DNA from: Vicinamibacterales bacterium
Lineage (GTDB): Bacteria; Acidobacteriota; Vicinamibacteria; Vicinamibacterales; JAMQPK01
Reading direction: 5' to 3'
NCBI GenBank assembly: GCA_963746535.1
Contig: CAVVBP010000007.1
Coordinates: forward strand, 880,444 to 944,443
DNA length: 64,000 nucleotides
Below the pieces are notes generated by a model that did no database searches, was not told where the DNA came from, and saw only the letters and a list, made by a program, of their open reading frames with translations. The position numbers and the translations under genes were made by a program. Positions 1-10,345 of this stretch are shown piece by piece; within the stretch, counting starts at the first letter, position 1, and every line of letters starts with the position of its first letter.

Positions 1-1
1 T

Positions 2-484
2 GGGACGCCCGCTCGGGCCGCCCGCGCTCAGGCGGACGACTGGCTGGCGCGCGTGGGCCTCACCGGCTTCGAGTCGCACTATCCGGCGCAATTGAGCGGC
101 GGCATGCGGAAGCGCGTCGCGATGGCCCAGAACTGGATTCTCGGCCGCAGCCAGATGTTGATGGACGAGCCGTTCAGCGCGCTCGACGTTCACACGCGTC
201 AGCAGATGGAATCCGAGCTGCTCGCCATGTGGGACGAGGCCCGGCGCACGATTGTGTTCGTCACCCACGACCTTCACGAAGCGATTGCGCTCGCCGACGA
301 GGTGGTGGTCCTTTCGGCTGGTCCCGCCAGCCACATCGTCGCGAGACATCCGGTGAATCTTCCGCGCCCGCGCAGTCTGCTCGACGTACAGTTGCTACCG
401 GAGTTTTCGGACCTCTACCGGCACCTATGGTCGATACTGCGGGAAGAAGTGCTCAGAAGTCAGCGAGCGGTGACGCATGCGTAA
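2..484 (+). CDS. ABC transporter ATP-binding subunit, nitrate/sulfonate/taurine (TauB/SsuB-like) family, 5'-truncated by window edge
   Basis: Signature LSGGMRKR, Walker B LMDEPFSALD, switch VFVTHD; frame is open back to the window start. Confidence 0.9.
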   Translation, partial: GTPARAARAQADDWLARVGLTGFESHYPAQLSGGMRKRVAMAQNWILGRSQMLMDEPFSALDVHTRQQMESELLAMWDEARRTIVFVTHDLHEAIALADEVVVLSAGPASHIVARHPVNLPRPRSLLDVQLLPEFSDLYRHLWSILREEVLRSQRAVTHA

Positions 485-1260
485 AGGCACGATCACGCTC
501 TGGCGCGCCGCTGTCGGCCTCGGCGTGGTCGGGCTCTGGGAAGCCGCCGTTGCGATAGGTGTGGTTGACCCGTTCTTCGTGAGCCGTCCGAGCGCGATCG
601 CCCAGCGCATGTGGGTGTGGGCGTCCACAGGCTTCGTGTGGAGCCATCTCGCGATCACGCTGCAGGAGTCGATCCTGGGACTGCTCATCGGGTCGATCCT
701 CGGTACCGTCAGCGGGTTTGCGCTGGCGCGCTCCACGATGACGGCAAAGGTTCTCGAACCGTACATCATGATGTTGAACGCCGTCCCGCGCGTCCTGCTG
801 GCGCCACTTTTCCTGCTCTGGTTCGGCCTCGGTATCTGGTCGAAGGTCGCGCTGTCGGTCACACTGGTGTTCTTCATCATGTTTTTCAATGCGTACCAAG
901 GCGTACGGCAGGTCGACCGGGTGCTCATCGAGAACGCGCGCATGCTCGGCGCGACGGAGCGCCAGCTGGTGCGTCACGTGCTCGTGCCGAGCGCGCTCAC
1001 GTGGATCTTCTCGAGCCTGCAGGCCAGCCTCGGATTCGCGATGATCGGCGCCGTCGTCGGCGAGTATCTGGGCGCGACCCGCGGCCTCGGATACGTGATC
1101 AGCCAGGCCGAAGGCACATTCGACACGACCGGCGTTTTTTCCGGCATGGCGATTCTTTCGCTGGTCGTCGTCGTGATGAGCCGGGGCGTCGCTCGTGCCG
1201 AAGACTGGTTGCTGAGATGGAAGCGGCCGCTCATCGGCCTGCTCGTCGCCGTCGTCGCCG
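477..1260 (+). CDS. ABC transporter permease (SsuC/TauC-like); no stop at the expected end, reads on into the substrate-binding gene
   Basis: Multiple TM helices, LAPLFLLWFGLG and the EAA-loop equivalent ENARMLGAT; overlaps the ATPase stop. End coordinate approximate. Confidence 0.85.
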
Positions 1261-2230
1261 CGCCGGCAGCTCAGCGTGCCGCAAGGCGGACGGCGATGCG
1301 GGCGTGCATGTCCGGCTCGCCATTGGCGGGCAGACGCAGATGGTGTATCTGCCGACGACGCTGACGCAGGAGCTTGGTTTTTACAAGGAAGAGGGCGTCG
1401 AGGTAGAGCTCCAGGATTTCGAAGGTGGCGCCAAGGCGCTGCAGGCGCTCATCGGCGGGAGCGCCGACGTCGTCTCGGGCTTCTACGATCACACGATTCA
1501 GATGGCCGCCGAGGGGCGCCAGTTGACGGCGTTCGTCGTCATGCTGCGCTATCCGGGACTTGTCCTGCTCACCTCGCCGCAGGCTGCCAGCCGAATCACG
1601 AGCGTATCGGCGCTCGAAGGCGGCATCGCCGGCGTTACGACCCCAGGGTCATCGTCGCACCTGTTCCTGAACGTGCTTCTGGCTCAACACAAGGTTCCGA
1701 TTCAGTCCGTCAGCGCGACGGCAATCGGAAGCGGTGCCGCGGCAGTGGCCGCGCTCGAACGTGGCCGAGTCGATGCGGGATGGGTGGGAGATCCCGCGCT
1801 CACGATTCTCAGGCGGCGCAATCCCGGCATGCGGGTGCTTGCAGACCTGCGCGACGAGCGCGGCACGCATGATGCCTTCGGGACCGGCAGCTATCCGAGC
1901 GCAGTCCTCTATACGGAAACGTCGTGGCTGGAAGCACATCGGGATACGGCCGCGCGATTGGCCAGGGCGATCGTCAAGACGCTGCAATGGATGCAGACCC
2001 ATTCGGAGGAGGAGATCGCCGCGAAAGTTCCGTCGGCGCTGCGTGGGGAGGACTTCGCGCTGTACGTGGACGCATTGAAAAACTCGCGCCCCATGTTTTC
2101 AACCGACGGCGTTATGCCAGCCGACGGAGCGGCCGCGGTTCATGACGTGCTGGCAGCATCGAATCCAAAGGTCAAGGGTGCGACGATTGCACTCTCAAAG
2201 ACTTACACAAACGAATTCATACCTCGATGA
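1218..2230 (+). CDS. ABC substrate-binding protein (NMT1/SsuA-like); N-terminus split by a probable 1-nt indel near 1265
   Basis: YLPTTLTQELGFYKEEGVEVEL, GGAKALQALIGGSADVV and YPSAVLY in ORF 611..2230. The hydrophobic stretch LIGLLVAVVAA lies in the permease frame and a lipobox-like SSAC in the SBP frame. Confidence 0.85.
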
Positions 2231-2246
2231 ACCCGGATCAGCCCGC

Positions 2247-2269
2247 GTAGTGTCCGGCTTTAGCCGGAC
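2247..2269. repeat. GTAG-tagged REP-like palindrome (GTAGT-GTCCGGCTTTAGCCGGAC)
   Basis: GTCCGGCT/AGCCGGAC inverted repeat with GTAG foot; same unit at 27148-27170 and, in reverse orientation, at 61694-61716. Confidence 0.8.
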
Positions 2270-2295
2270 CGGGTACACGTTTCGGACCGAACGGC

Positions 2296-2536
2296 GTTGG
2301 GTTAGCGTTGCTGCCGCGCGAATCCGAAGCTCCGGGGCCGGACGCGCGCTGCGATGCCGCGGCGGACCGCGCGACGCGAGGACACCCACTTCGCCATTCG
2401 TCCTCGCTCGATGCCCTCGAGCTTCTCGCGCGGTCAGGCGTCACCCGTCGGCCGCCTTCGCCCTTCGACAAGCTCAGGGCGCCCCGAGCGAAGTCGAGGG
2501 GCGCACGGCTTCGCGCCGCAGCAACGCCAACCCAAC
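2296..2536. repeat. Structured ~200-nt dispersed element, copy 1 (carries an extra ~44-nt hairpin insertion)
   Basis: Outer arms 2296-2313 and 2519-2536 pair at 17/18; core CCGCGCGAATCCGAAGC...GACGCGAGG...CCTCGCTCGATGCCC...TCTCGCGCGGTCAGGCG...TCGGCCGCCT...CACGGCTTCGCGCCGCAGC is shared with copies 2 and 3. Confidence 0.85.
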
Positions 2537-2665
2537 TATCGCGACGCGCGACACGCGAGACGATTCTGAAAAGTGCTCTCTAGACTATAGACTAGGAGCT
2601 CAAGAGGGCCAGGAGAATTCAAACAGAAAACTCCTAATCTTCTGAACTTCTGTTTGGCTTCGTCG

Positions 2666-4630
2666 CTACTCGACGAGGCCGAACGCGAGAATCGCGTCTC
2701 CCGCTGCGATGGCAATGTATTCCTGACCGTCGAACTGGTATGCCATCGGCGACGCATGCCAGTTGGTATTGGCCTGGAAGGACCACAGCGTTTTGCCCGT
2801 GACGGCGTCGGCCGCGGCGAACGATCCGCTGTCGTCGCCGAAGAAGACGAGACCGGTCGCAGTGGCGAGCGTGCCACCCCAGGAGGAGCCGGTGCCGGTT
2901 TGCGGCAGCTCCCACTTCCGCTTGCCCGTCTGAAGATCGAGCGCGTACAGCAGCCGCTGCGGTTTCGGGTTGATGTCGACGCGTTGAGTCCCACCCCCGT
3001 ACGCCTTGCCCTGTTCCCATTCCACCGGGCGCTTCGTGTAGATCGAGCACTTCTCGAATACCTGAATGTAGTACAAGCCGGTCGAGGGGTTGTAGGAAGG
3101 GGAGAACCAGTTGGTCGCGCCATCCTGCGACGGGCAGACATGCGTGCCTTCGGCGGTCGGCTCCTGATTCGGCGTCTTGATCGGCTTTCCGTCTGCGCCG
3201 ATTCCGCTGGCCCACGTCAGGTTCTTGATGAACTGGGTGGCCAGCAGAAGCTTTCCATCCGCGCGGTCGAACACGTAGAAGAACCCGTTGCGATTCGCCT
3301 GCACGACCAGCTTGCGCGGACGGCCTTCCCAGGTGGTGTTGATGATCATCGGCGTCTCGGTGGCGTCCCAATCCCAGAGATCGTGCGGGGTGAACTGGTA
3401 ATACCACTTCAGCTTGCCGCTCGCGAGATCGAGCGCCAGGAGCGAGTCGGAGTACAGATTGTCGCCGATGCGTTCGTCGCCGTTGTAGTCGGGTCCGGGA
3501 TTGCCGGTCGGCCAGAAGAGTGTGCTGGTTTCCGGATCGTAGGTGCCGGTGAACCAGGCATTCGCGCCGCCACGATCGAGGCTCGTGCCCTTCCAGGTGT
3601 CCCACGCCGGTTCGCCGCGTTTCGGCAACGTCAAGAAGCGCCAGACTTCTTTTCCGGTTGCCTGATCGAACGCGGCCACGAAGCCCAGCGCGCCGTTGTC
3701 TCCGCCGCCAGTTCCGGAAATCACCAGACTTCCCGCGGCGAGCGGCGCCGAGGTGGCGCCGTGATTCAAGCGCCAGTCGGCCATCTCGACGTCCCACACG
3801 AGCCGGCCGTTCGCACGATCGAGCGCGATCAGGTGTGCGTTGTCGGTCACCATGAACACCTTGTCGGCGCTCAGCGCCACACCGCGATTGATGCCGCTCG
3901 CCGCGTCGCCGGCGAGGCCGGTGGATCGCGCTCGCAGGAATCGCCAGATCTCGCGGCCGTTGCCGGCGTCGAGCGCATAGCACTCGTTGGCTTGCGTGAC
4001 GTACATCACGCCGTCGGCCACGACGGGTGTGCCTTGCAGCCGGCCGGCGTTCGGGATCCTGAAGATCCATTTCGGCGCGACACGCTTGACGTTCGTCCTG
4101 TCGATCTGTTTGAGCGCCGTATAGCGGTTGCCACCGATGTCTCCGTTGTAGGTGTTCCAGTTGGTCTCGGACGTCACCTCGCGAAATCTGCCCGGACCGG
4201 CACTGCGCAGCAAGTGGATGCGGTTGTCGTCGGCGCGCACCTGCGCGTCTTCGGATCCTTCATTGAGGACCGTGCCGTCGAGCGATCGACCGTTGGGCAG
4301 CACGAAGCTCTTGCGATAGGGCTGGAATCCACCGCGGGGCCGGAGCGTCCGGACGAAGGCCATCAACGGCGGCAAATCCGTATCGCTGACGCCGATCGCC
4401 GGCATGCCACGCGCCGGCAGACCCTCGCGAATCAGCGTCGTCAGTTGCGGGTCCTGCAGATTCGCGAGCGCGCGGGTGATGGCGGGCGCATGCTCGCCGC
4501 CGTTGCCGTCGGCGCCGTGGCAGGTACCGCACTGGTCCTCGAAAATCCTCTTGCCGGGCGGTTCCTGGGCCCAGACCGGAGATGACAGCGCGATACAGAT
4601 CGCGAAAATTGAGCCGGAAAATCGAGCCAT
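2666..4630 (-). CDS. Secreted PQQ-dependent dehydrogenase (alcohol dehydrogenase-like beta-propeller) with N-terminal cytochrome c domain
   Basis: Signal peptide, CGTCH heme motif, PQQ propeller repeats (YALDAGNGREIW, LALDLASGKLKWYYQ, YALDLQTGKRKW), TGNPGP and HDLWDWDA. Confidence 0.9.
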   Translation of the reverse strand: MARFSGSIFAICIALSSPVWAQEPPGKRIFEDQCGTCHGADGNGGEHAPAITRALANLQDPQLTTLIREGLPARGMPAIGVSDTDLPPLMAFVRTLRPRGGFQPYRKSFVLPNGRSLDGTVLNEGSEDAQVRADDNRIHLLRSAGPGRFREVTSETNWNTYNGDIGGNRYTALKQIDRTNVKRVAPKWIFRIPNAGRLQGTPVVADGVMYVTQANECYALDAGNGREIWRFLRARSTGLAGDAASGINRGVALSADKVFMVTDNAHLIALDRANGRLVWDVEMADWRLNHGATSAPLAAGSLVISGTGGGDNGALGFVAAFDQATGKEVWRFLTLPKRGEPAWDTWKGTSLDRGGANAWFTGTYDPETSTLFWPTGNPGPDYNGDERIGDNLYSDSLLALDLASGKLKWYYQFTPHDLWDWDATETPMIINTTWEGRPRKLVVQANRNGFFYVFDRADGKLLLATQFIKNLTWASGIGADGKPIKTPNQEPTAEGTHVCPSQDGATNWFSPSYNPSTGLYYIQVFEKCSIYTKRPVEWEQGKAYGGGTQRVDINPKPQRLLYALDLQTGKRKWELPQTGTGSSWGGTLATATGLVFFGDDSGSFAAADAVTGKTLWSFQANTNWHASPMAYQFDGQEYIAIAAGDAILAFGLVE

Positions 4631-4890
4631 TTCGAGTCTCCTCGCTGTGATGGGGGCGCAATCTTACCCTTGGGGGCGACGCTAGACGATCGACGTGGCA
4701 CTGCGACCGTGCGCCTCTTTGTAGGACATGGGCCGACTTGACGCGATCTGCAAGTGTATTCACACTGCACACTTCTTTCTTACCTTACATCAGCAAAACG
4801 TTCGACGTTCGGACCCAGGTGGCGCAATTGGCGCGGTGTGGCAATTCGGTGTCCGTAGCGGTCGTGGTGTGCGTTCCGGAGGCGATGGCT

Positions 4891-7800
4891 ATGAGAGCAT
4901 TGTGCTGGGCATCTGTCGTTGTGCTTTGCGGCGCCGTGCATCCAACAGATGCAGTGGCGCAACCCACCTTGTCGGTGAACGGCGCGCCAGGTTCCGGAGC
5001 CGGTGACGGTCGTCGCCGGTTCGACGACCGCGGTCTTGGTCGCGGGCGGACCTGGTGCGCCCACTGATTGGATTGCCCTGTAGCCCACAGGGGCTTCTGA
5101 CAATGCGTACCTGGACTGGCGCTATCTGAACGGCGCGACCGTCGCACCGGCGGTCGGCCTTACGGATGCCACGGTGACGTTCAACACGCCGGTCGTGCCC
5201 GGTGCCTACGAGCTTCGTCTCTTCGCAAGCGATGGTTTCACGCGACTCGCCACCAGCGGCGTCGTGACCGTTGTCGCCTCTCCCGCTGAACTGATCGTGA
5301 ACGGGGCTTCACCTCCGGCCGCTGCAGCCGTCAGCGCCGGAACCCTCATCACCGTCGATGTGAACAACGGCCCCGCCAATCCGGGTGATTGGGTCGCCCT
5401 CTATGCGGCCGGCGCATCGGATGGAGCCTATCTCTCGTGGAGGTATCTGAACAATTCGACTGTTCAGCCCGCACATGGGTTCCGTCACCTCGACGTTGAC
5501 GTTCCAGGCACCGAGCGCGTCGGGCAGTTACGAATTCCGGTTCTTCGCGGCGAACAGCTTCGCGCGACTGGCAACCAGTACGACAGTGGTCATCAGCACC
5601 TCCACAGCGCAGCTCGTCGTCAACGGCATAGCGCCGCCTGCTTCCGTCACCGTGGCCGCGGGGGCCGTGGCAACGGTGACTGTGTCCGACGGTCCGGGCA
5701 ACACCACCGATTGGGTGGCATTCGCACCTGTCGGTGCCGCGGCAAATGCGTATGTGGATTGGCGCTATCTCAACGGAACCACGGTGCCGCCGCAGACCGG
5801 CGTCCCGGCGGCGACGCTGACCTTCGCGATGCCCTCGACCGTCGGCGCGTACGAATTCCGGCTGCTTGCGAACGACAGCCTCGACCAGATCGCGGCGAGT
5901 GGAACGGTCACGGTCCTGGCGCCGACCGCGCAGATTGCGATTAATGGCATCGCTCCACCCACGGGCGTTGCCGTTGACCCCGGCGCCGCGCTGACGGTGA
6001 ACGTCACCGGCGGGCCGGCCAACGCCACAGACTGGATTGCGCTTTCGTTCGCAAACGCGCCCGAGTCGAGCTACGTCGCCTGGATGTATCTCAACGGCAG
6101 CACAGCCGCACCGGCGGCGGGGCTGGCATCGGCGACCCTGTCGCTTACTCTCCCTTCATCACCAGGGATCTACGAGGTGAGGCTCTTTGCCAGTGACGGT
6201 TACACCCGTCTCGCGACCAGCAGCCCGATCTCCGCTTCCTCGTCGCCGGCCGAAGTCACCGTTCGCATGACGAGTCCGTTCCCGGGGACGACCTTCAATC
6301 TGCCCCCAGGCATCGACCTGTCGGCCGACGCATCGGCGACCAGCGGAACGATTACGAGCGTCGATTTCTTCGTGGACGCGGTGTTGGTCGGCAGCGCCAC
6401 GGCCAGTCCGTACACCGTGTCATGGACATCCCCGTCAGAGGGACAGCACGTACTGACAGCGGTCGCGATTCACAGCACGGCGGCGCCCGTGACATCACAG
6501 CCAGTCCACGTCACCATCTCGGGGCCCGATACCCAAGCCGGAATATTGGGTGCCCCGATTGTCTCACCGCCCCCGGGATCGTACGGCCCTGGCTTGACGG
6601 TCACGCTTACGGCGGCGGCCGGCGCCGCCATTCGTTTCACAACGGACGGCTCAGCCCCCAGCGTCGCCTCACCGGTCTATTCCGGCCCCATCTCCTTGAC
6701 CGCGGCCGATACCGTGGTTCGCGCGCAGGCGTTCCAGAACGGATGGTACGATAGCAATGGGACGCGTGCGTCGTATCACCTCGATCTCGAGGCGCCGACG
6801 ATCTACGCCACTCTCTCCCCGTTGCCGAATGGCAACGGCTGGAACGCGACGAGTCCGGTGACGATCACGTTCGTGTGCAGCGATCCCGCCGGCGTGCAGG
6901 TCTGTCCATCTCCAATGACCATCGTCCAGGAGGGCGTGACCGAATTCGTCTCAGGGAATGCCGTCGATGCCTACGGTCACACGAGCACTACCGCAGTGAC
7001 GGTGAAAATCGACAGCATTGCCCCAACCGTCAGTCTCAATACGGCTCCAGAGAACGGAACGACCGTTTCGGAGTCATCGATCAATATTGGGGCTGCCGTC
7101 GGCGATGTGCTGTCTGGGGTTACCGCCGTCAGGTGTAACGGGGAGCTCGCCGCGGTTGACAACGGCTCCGCGGCCTGCGTCGTCTCGTTGCACCCTGGGC
7201 TGAACTCGGTGGTGCTCAGCGTGACGGATGCGGCGGGCAACACGGCCTCTGTCGGCCGTCGAGTCACCCATCAGGCTGTCCCCACCGCACTGGCGCTCTC
7301 ACCTGAGAGCCGGAGCCTGTTCATCGGCGAGTCCAGCACACTGATCGCGACCACCGAGTCTGGTCCGATCAACTCTGGTGTGACATGGAGCTCGAGTAAT
7401 GATGCCATTGCGTCGGTCGCCGAAAACGGCGCTGTCACGGGCCATCTCCCCGGTGAGGCGACCGTTACGGCGACGCTCGATGCCCTCTCGGCCACAGCGA
7501 CACTACGGGTCATCGCGAGCGGCTCGACGGAAGTCCGGTGGACCATTTCACCTATACCTGGACTAGCGGCGACGCGCCCCATTTTCGCGAATCGCGTGGA
7601 CGATGCCGGACCAGACCTGTTCGACGTCAACACCGCGTTTGAGGTGCCCACCGTCGTGCGCGCGCTGCGCCATGACGGCACGCAGGTGTGGAGCGCGACC
7701 GTCGAGGGCACGCCGATGTTCGGGGACATATTCGGTGGTCTGGTCCTGCGGGACACCGAATGGAGGTCGCTGACGCGCCTGGGCGGCTCCGAGGAATCGG

Positions 7801-9449
7801 CACCGTGGCGATACGAATCGATCGGGTACCTTGACGAGAGGCCGGCTCAAGCGGCCGACGGCACCATTTATCAGATCGAGTACACGGAGAGCGACAATCC
7901 TCAGAGCTATGTTGTGGGCCTCGATGGCCTCACGGGAACCGTCAAATTCCGGGTGCCCCTACCGGCGTCGACTGGGCATCGCGACCGCCCGGTGTGTGGT
8001 ATTTCGATTCCCGCCGTATTCGGCGATGCGGGTTATTGCCTTCCCGTGCCGTCCGTGACGCAGCAGAGTGGTGCGCCCAGCGTGTCGTCACCGATCATCG
8101 GTCTCGACGGTGAGGCCTATGTCGGTCTCGTCGAAAGACACGAAGACTGGCGCCAGCATGGTTACGTGAGCTGGTCGTGCGATTTCAGTTGTTCGTCAAT
8201 CCCACCGCAGCCGATTCCGCACGAGGCCAGCGGCCTGGGCACGTTCAGCCGGTCGACCACGGTCAAGCTGCTGCGCATCGAACCTGAAGGGCTGGCGACG
8301 ACGCAGACACTCTGGCAGACCTCCACGGCGGGAGCGGATACGCCAGAACGGGTCTACAGCGCCGATGAGACGAACGATATGAGTGAGCTGGTGATTGACG
8401 AAGAGGGTGCGGTGTTCTTCCAGGTCACAGACGTCAGCAGTCGTTGGGGCGCGGACTCTGAAGACCGCGTGAACGGTCAACACATGTGCCCGACGCAACC
8501 GGTATTCGACCGGTACTGTTATCACGTCGAAGACGAAGCGAGCACCCTGCGTATCGCGCGGATCGAGGGTGCGAACGTCACGACTCGAACGCTCGACACA
8601 CAACCCGGGGGGTACTATTTCGGGCCGTGGTCGCTCAAGCTGATCGGGGACAACCACACGGCTTTTCTGCAGCACGAAACAGGAATCGAGGCCATTAGCA
8701 CGCAAACCCTGAGCATGAAATGGACGATTCCGAGCGAGGGCTGCTGCGAAAATCTCACAGCCATGCGCGACGGCGGCGTCGCCATCATGGGGGATGATGA
8801 CATCTTGCGAGCTATCGACGATGGCGGTAATTCAACAGCGATGGGAAATAGACCAGCATTCGAGGCCGTCCAGGCAGCTCCCGGATACTGGGTTGGCTTG
8901 GCTCCAGGGATGAGCGGTATGCAGCTCGTCTCCGCGTTTGGTCCGTCGATCTTGGAACCTTCGTATGCCTTCTGGAGTCTCGGTGGCAATTTTCGTATGA
9001 CGAACGCGGCAGAGTTCATAGATTGGCCAACCGTGAGAGTAAATTGCCGTCCTATAGCAGAAACTCTGAATATCCTCAATCACTGCTATATCGTCGCCCG
9101 CCAGAGTAGAGAGCACACCTTCTACATTGGGTCCGGCCCGACTGGACAGCCGCCGCCCTACGGACTCAACGAAGCAAACCTTACGCTCACCATGTCACAG
9201 CAAGATGCCAATGCGCCATGGACGTTCTATTGGCTCAAGAGATCTGTCAAGCCGGAGGTAATCCCCTGTATGGCTCAGGCACGACTCAACTGGAACTCGG
9301 CAGCCATTGAGTACAAGCCCGATGGTCCGAATAGCAATACTTTTGCAAGCTGGCTCGTTCACGAATGCAAGGCGCCTGTGGTGCCGTCCCCGTTGGCGCT
9401 CACTCCCGGTTGGTACCACTTCATTGACTTTGGAGTGCCGACATTTTGA
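4891..9449 (+). CDS. Large secreted multi-domain protein: four tandem Ig-like repeats, further Ig/CHB_HEX-like and Big_2-like domains, propeller-like region and a distinct C-terminal domain; 5' part broken by 2 frameshifts and an in-frame TAG at 5081
   Basis: GGAGG RBS 8 nt before ATG 4891; signal peptide MRALCWASVVVLC; repeats DW(I/V)AL...Y..W.YLNG; IRFTTDGSAP; VTWSSSNDAIASV; C-terminal HCYI...GPNSNTF. Reconstructed from ORFs 4738..5067, 5174..5944 and 5475..9449. Confidence 0.75.
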
Positions 9450-10345
9450 GATGTTCAAGTCTCGCGCACGGCTCATTTCGGCTGGCTCTGGCGATCACAG
9501 GTGCGGCCGGGCTCATGGGATGCACTTTAGAGCCCTCACCCCGCGCCGACCTGACGCCGGCCATCGCACAAGGATTCTGTGTCGTGCAGTTTCAGCGTGG
9601 AGGGATCGACATTCTTCCTCTTGATGGATCTCAGCGAAGAGAGGAAGGCATGTTGTCGACCACTTCCTCCAACGTGAGCGGTCGCGTCGCCCCAGATGGA
9701 AGCTACGTCGCTGTCGTTTATGCAAGTTCGGTTGCGGGCGTCATGCTTGACGGACAGACGTTGTGGGAGTTTCCCACGAACGGGCCCGCCAGACCCGCGA
9801 TCAGTCCCGATGGGAAAAAGGTTGCGGCTACCGATAACACGCAACTCCTCGTCTATGACATTCCGACGGGCCAACTTAACAAATGGACAGTTACCGGCGA
9901 TCGTCCAGACTGGTCTCCGGACATGAGCCGTCTCGCATATGACCACGATGGTCACGTTTATATCTTCGATCTGGCCAAAGGAGCCTCTGTTCCACTCGCC
10001 GAGGGGAGCGACCCGTCCTGGGCCCCAGGCGGCCGCGCTGTAGCCGTGCGGTCCGGTCGCCACACATTCGATCTCATTACGGTCGACGCACGTGTGCGCA
10101 CCCGACTCTTCGAGGGTGACAACACCTGGACGCCGCGTTGGTCGCCCGACGGGGAATGGATGTCGTATGGAGCCTCCGGCGGCTATCGCTGGTGGTCGCT
10201 CAGCGAACGATTGGTAGAACCGCGCCAGGTCATCGTCCGGCATGTCAAGACTGGTGCCGAGGCGGTAGTAGGCATCACCCTGCTAGGGAATAATCGCGAT
10301 TTCACGTGGGCGAAGAGCCCAGCGCTTTGCAGAGGAGTTTCTTGA
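9446..10345 (+). CDS. Lipoprotein with TolB/PD40-like beta-propeller repeats
   Basis: Lipobox GLMGC; repeats PAISPDG, PDWSPD, PSWAPGG, PRWSPDG; start overlaps the upstream stop codon. Confidence 0.8.
   Translation: MRCSSLAHGSFRLALAITGAAGLMGCTLEPSPRADLTPAIAQGFCVVQFQRGGIDILPLDGSQRREEGMLSTTSSNVSGRVAPDGSYVAVVYASSVAGVMLDGQTLWEFPTNGPARPAISPDGKKVAATDNTQLLVYDIPTGQLNKWTVTGDRPDWSPDMSRLAYDHDGHVYIFDLAKGASVPLAEGSDPSWAPGGRAVAVRSGRHTFDLITVDARVRTRLFEGDNTWTPRWSPDGEWMSYGASGGYRWWSLSERLVEPRQVIVRHVKTGAEAVVGITLLGNNRDFTWAKSPALCRGVS

Noticed and set aside
2296-2536. The dispersed element as CRISPR repeat, tRNA or IS end
   Set aside because: No regular repeat-spacer array, no T-psi-C/anticodon cloverleaf, no transposase, and the termini differ between copies
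2195-2645. Small ORFs over the structured repeats (also 27103..27515 and 46705..46980)
   Set aside because: They are translations of the repeat itself, with similar peptides at each copy and no independent coding evidence
2634-4585. Long plus-strand ORFs opposite the PQQ dehydrogenase, and similar shadows (11933..13093, 14246..15727, 23089..24606, 24666..25958, 50772..52172)
   Set aside because: Arg/Ala/Pro-rich antisense or off-frame ORFs expected at high GC; no motifs, and they overlap well-supported genes
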